Origin: Haliotis rubra
Lineage: Eukaryota
Length of the DNA: 64,000 nt
Direction of reading: 5' to 3'
Assembly: GCF_003918875.1 (NCBI RefSeq)
Contig: NW_025767247.1
Location: forward strand, 372,001-436,000
Part shown: positions 47,700 through 60,500 of the stretch, piece after piece
How the letters are laid out: each line of letters starts with the position of its first letter
Numbering within the stretch: the first letter of the stretch is position 1
Program-made: the position numbers and the translations under genes
Notes under the pieces: model-generated
The model's database searches: none
What the model was told of the DNA's origin: nothing
What the model saw: only the letters and a program-made list of their open reading frames with translations

Positions 47700-50600
47700 A
47701 CCTACATGCACTGTTTCTGTATATCATTAGGGTTTCACCTGTATCTCACCTATATCTTATCCGCTTCTCACCTCTATCTTACCTGTATGCAACCTGTATC
47801 TCACCTGTATCTGTCCTGCGAGTTATATGTACTTCACCAGTATCTCACCTATATCTTACCTGTATGCAACCTGTATCTCACCTGTATCTCTACTGCGAGT
47901 TATATGTACTTCACCAGTATCTCAACTGTACCTTACATGTATCCAACCACTATCTCACTTGTGTCTCACCTGTATCTGTCCTGCGAGTTATATGTACTTC
48001 ACCAGTATCTCACCTATATCTTACCTGTATCCCACCTGTATCTCACCTGTATCTGTCCTGCGAGTTATATGTATTTCACCAGTATCTCAACTGAACCTCA
48101 TCTGTATCCTTCCTAAATCTTACCGGCAATGTACCTATATCCCACGTGTATCCATCTGCATCTTATCTGTATTCAACCTGTATCTGTCCTGCGAGTTATA
48201 TGTATTTCACCAGTATCTCAACTGAACCTCATCTGTATCTCACCTGTATCTGTCCTGCGAGTTATATGTATGTCACCAGTATCTCACCTGTATCTGTCCT
48301 GCGAGTTATATGTATTTCACCAGTATCTCAACTGAACCTCACCTGTATCTCACCTGTATCTGTCCTGTGAGTTATATGTATGTCACCTGTATCTCAACTG
48401 AACCTCATCTGTATCTCACCTGTATCTGTCCTGCGAGTTATATGTATGTCACGTGTATCTCAACTGAACCTCATCTGTATCTCACCTGCAGCTGTCCTGC
48501 GAGTAATATGTATGTCACCTGTATCTCAACTGAACTTCACCTGTATCCTACCTGTATCTGTCCTGCGGGTTATATGTATGTCACCTGTATCTCAACTGAA
48601 CCTCATCTGCATCTCACCTGTATCTATGTATCTCACCAGTATCTCAACTGAACCTCACCTGTATCTGTCCTGCGAGTTTTATGTATTTCACCTGTATCTC
48701 AACTGAACCTCATCTGTATCTCATCTGTATCTGTCCTGCGAGTTATATGTATTTCACCTGTATCTCAACTGAACCTCACCTGTATCCCACCTGTATGTGT
48801 CCTGCGGGTTATATGTATGTCACCTGTATCTCAACTGAACCTCATCTGTTTCTCACCTGTATCTATGTATCTCACCAGTATCTCAACTGAACCTCACCTG
48901 TATCTCACCTGTATCTGTCCTGCGAGTTATATGTATTTCACCTGTATCTCAACTGAACCTCATCTGTATCTCACCTGTATCTGTCCTGCGAGTTATATGT
49001 ATGTCACGTGTATCTCAACTGAACCTCATCTGTATCTCACCTGTATCTATGTATCTCACCAGTATCTCAACTGAACCTCACCTGTATCTCACCTGTATCT
49101 GTCCTGCGAGTTATATGTATTTCACCTGTATCTCAACTGAACCTCATCTGTATCTCACCTGTATCTGTCCTGCGAGTTATATGTATTTCACCAGTATCTC
49201 AACTGAACCTCACCTTTATCTCACCTGTATCTGTCCTGCGAATTATATGTATTTCACCAGTATCTCAACTGAACCTCATCTGTATCTCATCTGTATCTGT
49301 CCTGCGAGTTATATGTATTTCACCAGTATCTCAACTGAACCTCACCTTTATCTCACCTGTATCTGTCCTGCGAGTTATATGTATTTCACCAGTATCTCAA
49401 CTGAACCTCATCTGTATCTCACCTGTATCTGTCCTGCGAGTTATATGTATTTCACCAGTATTTCACCTGTATCTATCCTGCGAGTTATATGTATTTCACC
49501 AGTATCTCAACTGAACCTCATCTGTATCTCACCTGTATCTGTCCTGCAAATTATATGTATGTCACCTGTATCTCAACTGAACCTCATCTGTATCTCACCT
49601 GTATCTATGTATCTCACCAGTATCTCAACTGAACCTCACCTGTATCTCACCTGTATCTGTCCTGCGAGTTATATGTATTTCACCTGTATCTCAACTGAAC
49701 CTCATCTGTATCTCACCTGTATCTGTCTTGCGAGTTATATGTATTTCACCTGTATCTCAACTGAACCTCATCTGTATCCTTCCTAAATCTTACCGGCAAT
49801 GTACCTATATCCCACGTGTATCCATCTGAATCTTATCTGTATACCACCTGTATCTGTCCTGCGAGTTATATGTATGTCACCAGTATCTCAACTGAACCTC
49901 ACCTGTATCTCACCTGTATCTATCTTGCGAGTTATATTTATGTCACCAGTATCTCAACTGAACCTCACCCGTATCTGTCCTGCGAGTTATATGTATTTCA
50001 CCAGTATCTCAACTGAACCTCATCTGTATCCTTCCTAAATCTTACCGGCAATGTACCTATATCCCACGTGTATCCATCTGCATCTTATCTGTATTCCACC
50101 TGTATCTGTCCTGCGAGTTATATGTATGTCACCAGTATCTCAACTGAACCTCACCTGTATCTCACCTGTATCTATCTTGCGAGTTATATTTATGTCACCA
50201 GTATCTCAACTGAACCTCACCTGTATCTGTCCTATGAGTTATATGTATTTCACCAGTATCTCAACTGAACCTCATCTGTATCCTTCCTAAATCTTACCGG
50301 CAATGTACCTATATCCCACGTGTATCCATCTGCATCTTATCTGTATTCCACCTGTATCTGTCCTGCGAGTTATATGTATGTCACCAGTATCTCAACTGAA
50401 CCTCACCTGTATCTCACCTGTATCTATCTTGCGAGTTATATTTATGTCACCAGTATCTCAACTGAACCTCACCTGTATCTGTCCTGCGAGTTATATGTTT
50501 TCCACCAGTATCTCAACTGAACCTCACCTGTATCTCACCTGTATCTATCTTGCGAGTTATATTTATGTCACCAGTATCTCAACTGAACCTCACCTGTATC

Positions 50601-52960
50601 TGTCCTGCGAGTTATATGTATTTCACCAGTATCTCAACTGAACCTCATCTGTATCTCACCTGTATCTGTCCTGCGAGTTATATGTATTTCACCAGTATTT
50701 CACCTGTATCTATCCTGCGAGTTATATGTATTTCACCAGTATCTCAACTGAACCTCATCTGTATCTCACCTGTATCTGTCCTGCAAATTATATGTATGTC
50801 ACCTGTATCTCAACTGAACCTCATCTGTATCTCACCTGTATCTATGTATCTCACCAGTATCTCAACTGAACCTCACCTGTATCTCACCTGTATCTGTCCT
50901 GCGAGTTATATGTATTTCACCTGTATCTCAACTGAACCTCATCTGTATCTCACCTGTATCTGTCTTGCGAGTTATATGTATTTCACCTGTATCTCAACTG
51001 AACCTCATCTGTATCCTTCCTAAATCTTACCGGCAATGTACCTATATCCCACGTGTATCCATCTGAATCTTATCTGTATACCACCTGTATCTGTCCCATG
51101 AGTTATATGTATGTCACCAGTATCTCAACTGAACCTCACCTGTATCTCACCTGTATCTATCTTGCGAGTTATATTTATGTCACCAGTATCTCAACTGAAC
51201 CTCACCCGTATCTGTCCTGCGAGTTATATGTATTTCACCAGTATCTCAACTGAACCTCATCTGTATCCTTCCTAAATCTTACCGGCAATGTACCTATATC
51301 CCACGTGTATCCATCTACATCTTATCTGTATTCCACCTGTATCTGTCCTGCGAGTTATATGTATGTCACCAGTATCTCAACTGAACCTCACCTGTATCTC
51401 ACCTGTATCTATCTTGCGAGTTATATTTATGTCACCAGTATCTCAACTGAACCTCACCTGTATCTGTCCTGCGAGTTATATGTATTTCACCAGTATCTCA
51501 ACTGAACCTCATCTGTATCCTTCCTAAATCTTACCGGCAATGTACCTATATCCCACGTGTATCCATCTGCATCTTATCTGTATTCCACCTGTATCTGTCC
51601 TGCGAGTTATATGTATGTCACCAGTATCTCAACTGAACCTCACCTGTATCTCACCTGTATCTATCTTGCGAGTTATATTTATGTCACCAGTATCTCAACT
51701 GAACCTCACCTGTATCTGTCCTGCGAGTTATATGTTTTCCACCAGTATCTCAACTGAACCTCACCTGTATCTCACCTGTATCTATCTTGCGAGTTATATT
51801 TATGTCACCAGTATCTCAACTGAACCTCACCTGTATCTGTCCTGGGAGTTATATGTATTTCACCAGTATCTCAACTGAACCTCATCTGTATCCTTCCTAA
51901 ATCTTACCGGCAATGTACCTATATCCCACGTGTATCCATTTGCACCTTATCTGTATCTCACCCGCATCTCTCCTGTATATTACGTTTATCCCACCTATAT
52001 ATACGCCGTATCTTACCTGTATCCCACCCTTATATTACCTGTATCCCACCCTTATCTTACCTGTATCCAATCCTTATCTTACCTGTATCCCACCCTTATA
52101 TTACCTGTATCCCATCCTTATCTTACCTGTATCCCACCCTTATATTACCTGTATCCCACCCTTATATTGCCTGTATCCCACCCTTATCTTACCTGTATCC
52201 CACCCTTATATTACCTGTATCCCACCCTTATATTACCTGTATTACACCCTTATCGTACCTGTATCACACCCTTATATTACCTGTATCACACCCTTATATG
52301 ACCTGTATGCCTCCTGTATCTTATTTGTGTACCACCTTTACGTAACCTGTTTCACTTCTGTACCTTACCTGTTTATTACCTGTATCCCACCCATATATTA
52401 CTTGTATCCCTCCTGTATCTTACCTGTATTTCACACGTATATAACCTGTATCCTTCATGTATCTTACCTGTATCTCACCTGTATCCCACCTGTATCTCAC
52501 CTGTATCCCACCTGTATCTCACCTGTATCTTACCTATGTCCCATCACTATATTGCTTATGTCTTACATGTATCTTGCTTGTTTCTGATTTGTCTTACCTC
52601 TATTCTCCTCCTATATATTACCTGTATCTTGCAATTATTTTGTCTGTATCTCACCTGTATGAGATCTTACCTGTATCTCCCTTTTATAATAAATTAATCC
52701 CTGCTGTATTTACCTACATCCCTCCTGAATATCACCTGTATATTTCCTGTGTCTTAACTGTACCCCACCCTCATAACCTGCATCCCACCTGTATATTTCT
52801 TACCTGTACCCCACCTATAAGCTACCCGTATCTCACATGTGTCTTATCAGTATCTCGTCTGTAACGTACCTGTATCATACTTGTTTCTCTGCTGTATCTC
52901 ACCAATGTCTTACCTGTATCCGTCCTGTATATTACCTGTACCTTACCTGTATCCCACCTG
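47700..52960. repeat. Complex satellite built on 11-bp acctgtatctc units with 252-bp higher-order repeats, filling protease intron 3
   Basis: Marker ccttcctaaatcttaccggcaatg recurs at about 49778, 50030, 50282 and 51015, 51267, 51519. Confidence 0.93.
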
Positions 52961-53020
52961 TGTATAACATCTGTATCTGATCTGCATCTTGCATTCACCT
53001 GCGCTTTACCTGTTCCTCAG

Positions 53021-53192
53021 CATCCGGGTTGGAATCCGAACCAGTCTGGTTTCCCCAACGACATCGCGCTGATCCAGTTCAACACCGACGTCGTAATGAA
53101 CGCTGCCGTCAAGACCGCGAACCTCATCGACAACAACGACGACTTCGCTGGGGAAAGCAACTGCTTCATCACAGGCTGGGGGAAAACTGCTG
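53021..53192 (+). CDS. S1A serine protease exon 4 (catalytic Asp); not in the ORF track
   Basis: cctcag|HPGWNPNQSGFPNDIALIQF...NCFITGWGKTA-G|gtatac; phase 0-1. Confidence 0.95.
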
Positions 53193-53390
53193 GTATACTT
53201 AGTAAAGTCTGAGTAAAGACGATTAATATATCTAAATTACGTCTAAATTACTGGCAGGTGTCAATGCATGGTGTACAGTCAATATATGAGATAAAAGGGA
53301 AGTAACCTGTCAGCTAGTTTGAGCTCATCCTCACGGGTACCCATTGGCTGTGTCACTTCCCAGGTCTGGTAGTGCTATTGTTATTTTCAG

Positions 53391-53536
53391 GAAGTAACTC
53401 TGGTTTGCCGGATAAACTGCAGGAGGCTCCCACCAACGTCATCTCGTACAGTGAATGCCGCAGTCGCATCGGCAGTTCTGTCAGAGCTGACCACATCTGT
53501 GCCTTTGACTACAACGGCGTGACTGGGGGGTGTAAC
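53391..53536 (+). CDS. S1A serine protease exon 5
   Basis: tttcag|GA; SNSGLPDKLQEA...EC...HICAFDYNGVTGGCN|gtacgt; phase 1-0. Confidence 0.95.
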
Positions 53537-53562
53537 GTACGTAAAGTATACCTGTCTGAGAC

Positions 53563-53742
53563 CATGTCGGGCATGCCGTGAAACTGTCGGGTATGTCCGT
53601 GACAATGTCGTGTATGTGCGTGACAACGTCGGGTATGTCTGTGACACTGTCGGGTATGTCCGTGACCATGTCGGGTATGTCTGTGACACTGTCGGGTATG
53701 TCCGTGACCATGTCGGGTATGTTCGTGACACGGGTATGTCCG
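53563..53742. repeat. 21-bp minisatellite (tgtcgggtatgtccgtgacca)n in protease intron 5
   Basis: About 8 copies. Confidence 0.9.
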
Positions 53743-54031
53743 AGCCATGTGAAGTATGGCGGTAAACCCACACTATGAAATAAGATTGAAACATGGATCT
53801 GGAGGGTGAGGTTCAGCAGTTCTGGACACACATGAACTATGCAGGAAAACATATAACGCTTCCTTCTTTCCAACTGCTGCCACCAGAGTTTTCACATCTG
53901 ATTTTGTTACACTCCTGGTACAGTGCTATCGGGAAATGTCAATAGTCCGCTCTTGGCATCTCACAATAACGGCACGGTTACATGTTGTCAGGTGTATGAA
54001 ATCATCAATAAGTGAAACATACTCAGCATAA

Positions 54032-54249
54032 AGAGTGAGGACTATTTTTATGGATATACAACTACTTTATTCTGTATAGGCGACGTTTCGACATATATTC
54101 TAATGTTGTTGTCAACGATAATACTTGCTTGACAACGATATTAGAATCTATGTCGAAACGTCGCTTATACAGAATAAAGAAGTCGTATATCCATAAAAAT
54201 AGTCCTCATTCTTCATCTCCCCAACAGCTAGACTGCTAATCAAAGAAGT
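54032..54249 (+). mobile_element. Fold-back Penelope-like insertion with a 14-bp TSD
   Basis: About 83-bp inverted arms plus a 3' extension; TSD catactcagcataa at 54018-54031 and 54250-54263; hammerhead-like ttgacaac..gtcgaaacgtc followed by AATAAA. Confidence 0.72.
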
Positions 54250-54332
54250 CATACTCAGCATAAGTGCGAGGAAGCTCGGGACATTTGAATAGTTCCTACT
54301 TCCATTAAAACGTTCTCCTGAATCTCTTCCAG

Positions 54333-54497
54333 GGAGACAGCGGAGGACCTCTTGTATGTCAAAAGAGCGGAAGTAACCAGTTCACCCTCTTGGGCGCTGC
54401 ATCATGGGTAATCACTGGTTGCGTCACTACATACCCCACAGTGTATGCCCGTGCTTCCAGCTATCGTGAGTGGATCAGAAGCGAGTCTGGTGTATAA
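54333..54497 (+). CDS. S1A serine protease exon 6 (catalytic Ser); 265-aa elastase/lumbrokinase-like protease
   Basis: ttccag|GDSGGPLVC...GAASWVITGCVTTYPTVYARASSYREWI..*; the six exons total 798 nt; AATAAA at 54517-54522. Confidence 0.96.
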   Translation, partial: GDSGGPLVCQKSGSNQFTLLGAASWVITGCVTTYPTVYARASSYREWIRSESGV

Positions 54498-54593
54498 AAC
54501 AACGAAATGCTGAGGAAATAAAATATTCCTTCATTGAGTACATTTTGTCTTGTGTCTGTCCAAATGGTGTGCCTGTCCTGGTGGTGTGCTTGT

Positions 54594-57500
54594 TAGTCTC
54601 AGAGGTGAAGCTGGTAGTTGAGGTAAAGCTGCTCTCCGTCGTCTCAGAGGTGAAGCTGGTAGTTGAGATAAAGCTGCTCTCTGTCGTCTCAGAGGTGAAG
54701 CTGGTACTTGAGATAAAGCTGCTCTCTGTCGTCTCAGAGGTGAAGTTGATAGTTGAGATAAAGCTGCTCTCTGTCGTCTCAGAGGTGAAGCTGATAGTCG
54801 AAATAAAACTGCTCTTCGTCACTTCCGAGACGATGCTGATAGTTGAGATAAAGCTGCCCTCCGTTGTCTCGGAGGTTAGGCTGATAGTTGAGATAGAGCA
54901 GGCCCTCCGTTGTCTCGGAGGTTAAGCTGGTAGTTGAGATAAAGCTGCTCTTTGTCACCTCCGAGACGATGCTGATGGTTGAGCTAACACTGCTCTCTGT
55001 TGTCTCAGAGGTGAAGTTGGTAGTGGAGATAAAGCTGCTCTCCGTTGTCTCATAGGTGAAGATGTTAGTTGAGATGGAGCTGCTCTCTGTCGTCTCAGAG
55101 GTAAAGCTGGTAGTTGAGATAAAGCTGCTCTCTGTCACCTACGCGACGATGCTGATGGTTGAGCTAACACTGCTCTCTTTCGTCTCAGAGGTGAAGTTGG
55201 TAGTGGAGATAAAGCTGCTCTCCGTTGTCTCATAGGTGAAGATGTTAGTGGAGATAGAGCTGCTCTCTGTCGTCTCAGAGGTAAAGCTGGTAGTTGAGAT
55301 AAAGCTGCTCTCTGTTGTGTCGGAGGTGAAGCTGATAATTGAGAGAAAGCTGCTCTCTGTCACCTCTGAGACGATGCTGGTAGCTGATGTAAATCTGCTC
55401 TCTCTCATCTTCAAAATGATGTTGATAGTTGAGATAAAGCTGCTCTCTGTCAGCTCCGAGACGATGCTGGTAGTTGAGATAGAGCTGCTCTTTGTCATCT
55501 TCGAGACGATGCTGATAATTGAAATAAAGCTGTTCTCTGTCACCTCAGAGACGATGCTGATAGCTGAACTAAAGCTGCTCTCTGTCATCTTTGAGAAGAT
55601 GCTGATAGTTGAGATAAAGCTGCTCTTTGTCGTATCAAAGGTGAAGCTGGTAGTTGAGATAAAGCTGCTCTCTGTCACCTCAGACACGATGCTGATAGCT
55701 GAAAAAAAGCTGCTCACTTTTACCTTCGAGACGATGCTGATAGTTGAGATAAAACTGCTTCCTGTCGTCTCAAAGGTAAAGCTGGTAGTTGAGATAAAGC
55801 AGCTCTCTGTTGTCTCGGAGGTGAAGCTGGTAGTGGATATAAAGCTGCTCTCTGTCACCTGCGAGACGATGCTAACTGTTGACATAAAGCTGCTCTCGTT
55901 CGTCTCAAAGGTGAAACTGGTAGTTGAGATAAAGCTGCTCTCTGTTGTCTCGGAGATGAAGCTGGTAGTTGAGATATAGTTGCTCTCTGTGACTTACGAG
56001 ACGATGCTGATAGTTGAGATAAAGGTGCTTTCTATCACTACCAAGACCATGCTGATAGTTGAGATAAAGCTGCTCTCTGTCGTCTCGGAGGTGAAGCTGG
56101 TAGTTGAGATATAGCTGATCTAATTTGTCTCAGAGGTGAAGCTGACAGTTGAGATAAAGCTGCTCTCTGTCACCTACACGATGATGCTTATAGTTGAGCT
56201 AACACTGCTCTCTGTAGTCTCAGAGGTGAAGCTGGTAGTTGAGATGAAGCTGCTCTCTGTCACCTCCGAGACGTTTCTGATAGTTGACATAAAGCTGCTC
56301 TCTGTCATCTTAGAGACGCTGCTGATAGTTGAGATAAAGCTGCTCTCTGTCGTCTCAAAGGTGAAGCTGGTAGTTGAGATAAAGTTGCTTTCTATCACTT
56401 CCAAGACGATGTTGATATTTGAGATAGAGCTGCTCTCTGTCGTCTCAGAGGTGATGCTGGTAGTTGAGATAAAGTTGTTCTTTGTTGTCTCGGATGTGAA
56501 GCTGGTAGTGGAGTTAAAGCTGCTCTCTGTCGTCTCAAAGGTAAAGATGGTAGTTGAGATAAAGTTGCTCTTTGTTGTCTCGGATGTGAAGCTGGTAGTT
56601 GAGATAAAGCTGCTCTCTGTCGTCTCAAAGGTAAAGATGGTAGTTGAGATAAAGCTGCTCTCTGTTGTCTCGGATGTGAAGCTGGTAGTGGAGATAAAGC
56701 TGCTCTCTGTCGTCTCAAAGGTAAAGATGGTAGTTGAGATAAAGCTGCTCTCTGTTGCCTCGGATGTGAAGCTGGTAGTTGAGATAAAGCTGCTTTTTGT
56801 CACCTCAGAGACGATGCTAATAGTTGAGATAAAGCTGCTCTCTGTCGTCACAAAGGTTAAGATGGTAGTTGAGATAAAGCTGCTCTCTGTTGTCTCGGAG
56901 GTGAAGCTGGCAGTTGAGATATAGCTGCTCTCCTTTTTCTCAGAGGTGAATCTGATAGTTAAGATAAAGCTGCTGTCTGTCACCTACGCGATGGTACTTA
57001 TGGTTGCGCTAACACTGCTCTCTGTTGTCTCAGAGGTGAAGCTGGTAGTTGAGATAAAGCTGCTCTCTGTTGTTTCAGAGGTGATGCTGGAAGTTGAGAT
57101 AAAGCTGCTCATTGTCACCTCCGAGACGTTTCTGATAGATGAGATAAAGCTGCTCTATGTCTCCAACTCGATGATGCTTATGGTTGAGCTAGCACTGCTC
57201 TCTGTCGTCTCAGAGGTGAAGCTGGTAGTTGAGATAAAGCTGCTCTCTGTTTTGTCGGAGATGAAGCTGGTAGTTGAGATAATTCTTCTCTCTGTCGTCT
57301 CAGAGGTGAAGCTGATAGTTTAGATAAAGCTGCTCTCCGTTGTCTCATAGGTGAAGCTGGTAGTTGAGATAGAGCTGCCTTCTGTCCCCTCAGAGGTGAA
57401 GCTAGTACTTGAGATAAAGCTGCTCTCTATTGTGTCGGAGGTTAAACTGGCACTTGAGAGAAAGCTGCTCTCTGTCACCTCCGAGACGATGCTGATAGTT

Positions 57501-60500
57501 GATGTAAATCTGCTCTCTGTCATGTTCACAATGATGTTGATAGTTGAGATAAAGCTGTTCTCCGATGTCTCACAGGTTAAGTTAGTAGTTGAGATATAGC
57601 TGCTCTGTGTCCCCTCAGAGGTGAGGCTGGTATTTTTGATAAAGCTGCTCTCTGTCGTCTCAGAGGTGAAGTTGGTAGTTGAGATAAAACTGCTCACTGT
57701 CACCTCCGAGAGGATGCTGATAGTTGAGATAAAGCTGTTCTCTGTCATCTTCGAGACGATGCTAATAGTTGAAATAGAGCTGCTCTCTGTCATGTACGAG
57801 ACGATGCTGATAGTTGAGATAAAGCTGCTCTCTGTCACCTCCGAGACGATGCTGATAGTTGAGATAAATCTGCTCTCTGTCGTCTCAGAGGTGTATGTGG
57901 TAGTTGAGATAAAGCTGCTTTCTGTCGTCTTAGAGGTGAAGCTGGTAGTTGAGATAAAGCTGCTCTCTGTCACCTACGATGCGATATTGATAGTTGAGAT
58001 AAGGATGCTCTCTGTCACCTCCGTGATGATGCTGTTAGTTGAGATAAAGCTGTTCTCTGTCGTCTCAAAGGTGAAGCTGGTAATTGAGATAAAACAGCTC
58101 TCTGTCATCTCCGAGGTAATGCTTGTAGTTGAGATAAAGCTGCCTCTCACCTCAGAGACCGTGCTAATAGCTAAAATAAAGGTCCTCTCTGTCATCTTCG
58201 AGACGATGCTGATATTTGAGATAAAGCTGCTCTCTGTCACCTCCGAGACGATGCTGATAGTTAAGATAAAGCTGCTCTCTGTCGTCTCAGAGGTGAAGCT
58301 GGTAGTTGAGATAAAGCTGCTCTTTGTCGTCTCAGAGGTGAAGCTGGTAGTTTAGATAATGCTGCTCTTTGTCGTCTCAGAGGTGAAGCTGGTAGTTGAG
58401 ATAAAGCTGCTCTTTGTCGTCTTAGAGGTGTAGCTTGTAGTTGAGATAAAGCTGCTCTCTGTTGTGTCGGATTTTAAGCTGGTACTTGAGAGAAAGCTGC
58501 TCTCTGTCACCTCCGAGACGATGCTGATATATGAAATATAGGTTCCCTCTGTCTTCTTCAAAACGATTCTGATAGTTGATAAAGCCTCTCTCTCTCACCT
58601 CCGAGACGATGCTGAAGGTTGAGTTAACACTGCTCCCTGTTGTCTCAGAGGAGAAGCTGGTAGTTGAGATAAAGCTCCTCTCTGTTGTGTCGGAGGTGAA
58701 GCTGGTAGTTGAGATAATTCTCCTCTCTGTTGTCTCAGAGGTGAAGCTGGTAGTTTAGATAGAGCTGCTTTTTGTCGTCTCAGAGGTGAAGCTGGTACTT
58801 GATATAAATATGCTCTCTGTTGTGTCGGAGGTGAAGCTGGTACTTGAGAGAAAGCTGCTCTCTGTCACCTCCGAGACGATACTGACAGTTGAGATAAAGC
58901 TGCTTCCTGTCGGCTCAGGTGAAGCTGGTAGTTGAGATAAAGCTGCTATCTTTCACGTACGAGACGATACTGGTAGTTGAGATAAAGCTGCTGTCTGTCA
59001 CCTTCGAGACGGTGCTGATAGTTAAGATACAGCTGTTCTCTGTCATCTTTGAGACGATGCTGATAGTTGAGATAAATCTGCTCTCTGTCGTCTCAAAGGT
59101 GAAGCTGGTAGTTAAGATAAAGCTGCTCTCTGTCACCTACGAGACGATGCTGATAGTTGAAATAAAGCTGCTTCCTGTCGTTTGAGGTGAAGCTGGTAGT
59201 TGAGATAAAGCTGCTCTCTTTCACGTACGAGACGATGCTGGTGGTTGAGATAAAGCTGCTCTCTGCTATGTTCGAGACGAAGCTGATAGTTGAAATAAAT
59301 CTCCTCTCTGTCATCTTCGAGACGATGCTGATAGTTAAGATAAAGCTGCTCTCTGTCGTCTCAGAGACGAAGCTTGTAGTTGAGATAAAGCTGCTCTTTG
59401 TCACCTCCGAGGCGATGCTGATAGTTGAGATAAAGCTGCTCGCTGTCACCACCGAGACGATGCCGATAGTTAAGATAAAGCTGCTCTTTGTCGTCTCAGA
59501 GGTGAAGCTGGTAGTTGAGATAAAGCTGCTCTCTGTCATCTCAGAGGAGAAGCTGGTAGTTGAGATAAAGCTCATCTCTGTTGTGTCGGAGGTGAGGCTG
59601 ATAGTTGAGATAAAGCTGCTCTCTGTGGTCTCAGAGGTGAAGCTGGTAGTGAAGATAAAGTTGCTCTCTGTCGTCTCAGAGGTGAAGCTGGTAGTGAAGA
59701 TAAAGCTGCTCTCCGTTGTCTCAGAGGTGAAGCTGGTAGTTGAGATAGAGCTGCTCTTTGTCGTCTCAGAGGTGAAGCTGGTAGTTTAGATAATGCTGCT
59801 CTTTGTCGTCTCAGAGGTGAAGCTGGTAGTTGAGATAAAGCTGCTCTTTGTCGTCTTAGAGGTGTAGCTTGTAGTTGAGATAAAGCTGCTCTCTGTTGTG
59901 TCGGATTTTAAGCTGGTACTTGAGAGAAAGCTGCTCTCTGTCACCTCCGAGACGATGCTGATATATGAAATATAGGTTCCCTCTGTCTTCTTCAAAACGA
60001 TTCTGATAGTTGATAAAGCCTCTCTCTCTCACCTCCGAGACGATGCTGAAGGTTGAGTTAACACTGCTCCCTGTTGTCTCAGAGGAGAAGCTGGTAGTTG
60101 AGATAAAGCCTCTCTGTTGTGTCGGAGGTGAAGCTGGTAGTTGAGATAATTCTCCTCTCTGTTGTCTCAGAGGTGAAGCTGGTAGTTTAGATAGAGCTGC
60201 TTTTTGTCGTCTCAGAGGTGAAGCTGGTACTTGATATAAATATGCTCTCTGTTGTGTCGGAGGTGAAGCTGGTACTTGAGAGAAAGCTGCTCTCTGTCAC
60301 CTCCGAGACGATACTGACAGTTGAGATAAAGCTGCTTCCTGTCGGCTCAGGTGAAGCTGGTAGTTGAGATAAAGCTGCTATCTTTCACGTACGAGACGAT
60401 ACTGGTAGTTGAGATAAAGCTGCTGTCTGTCACCTTCGAGACGGTGCTGATAGTTAAGATAAAGCTGTTCTCTGTCATCTTTGAGACGATGCTGATAGTT

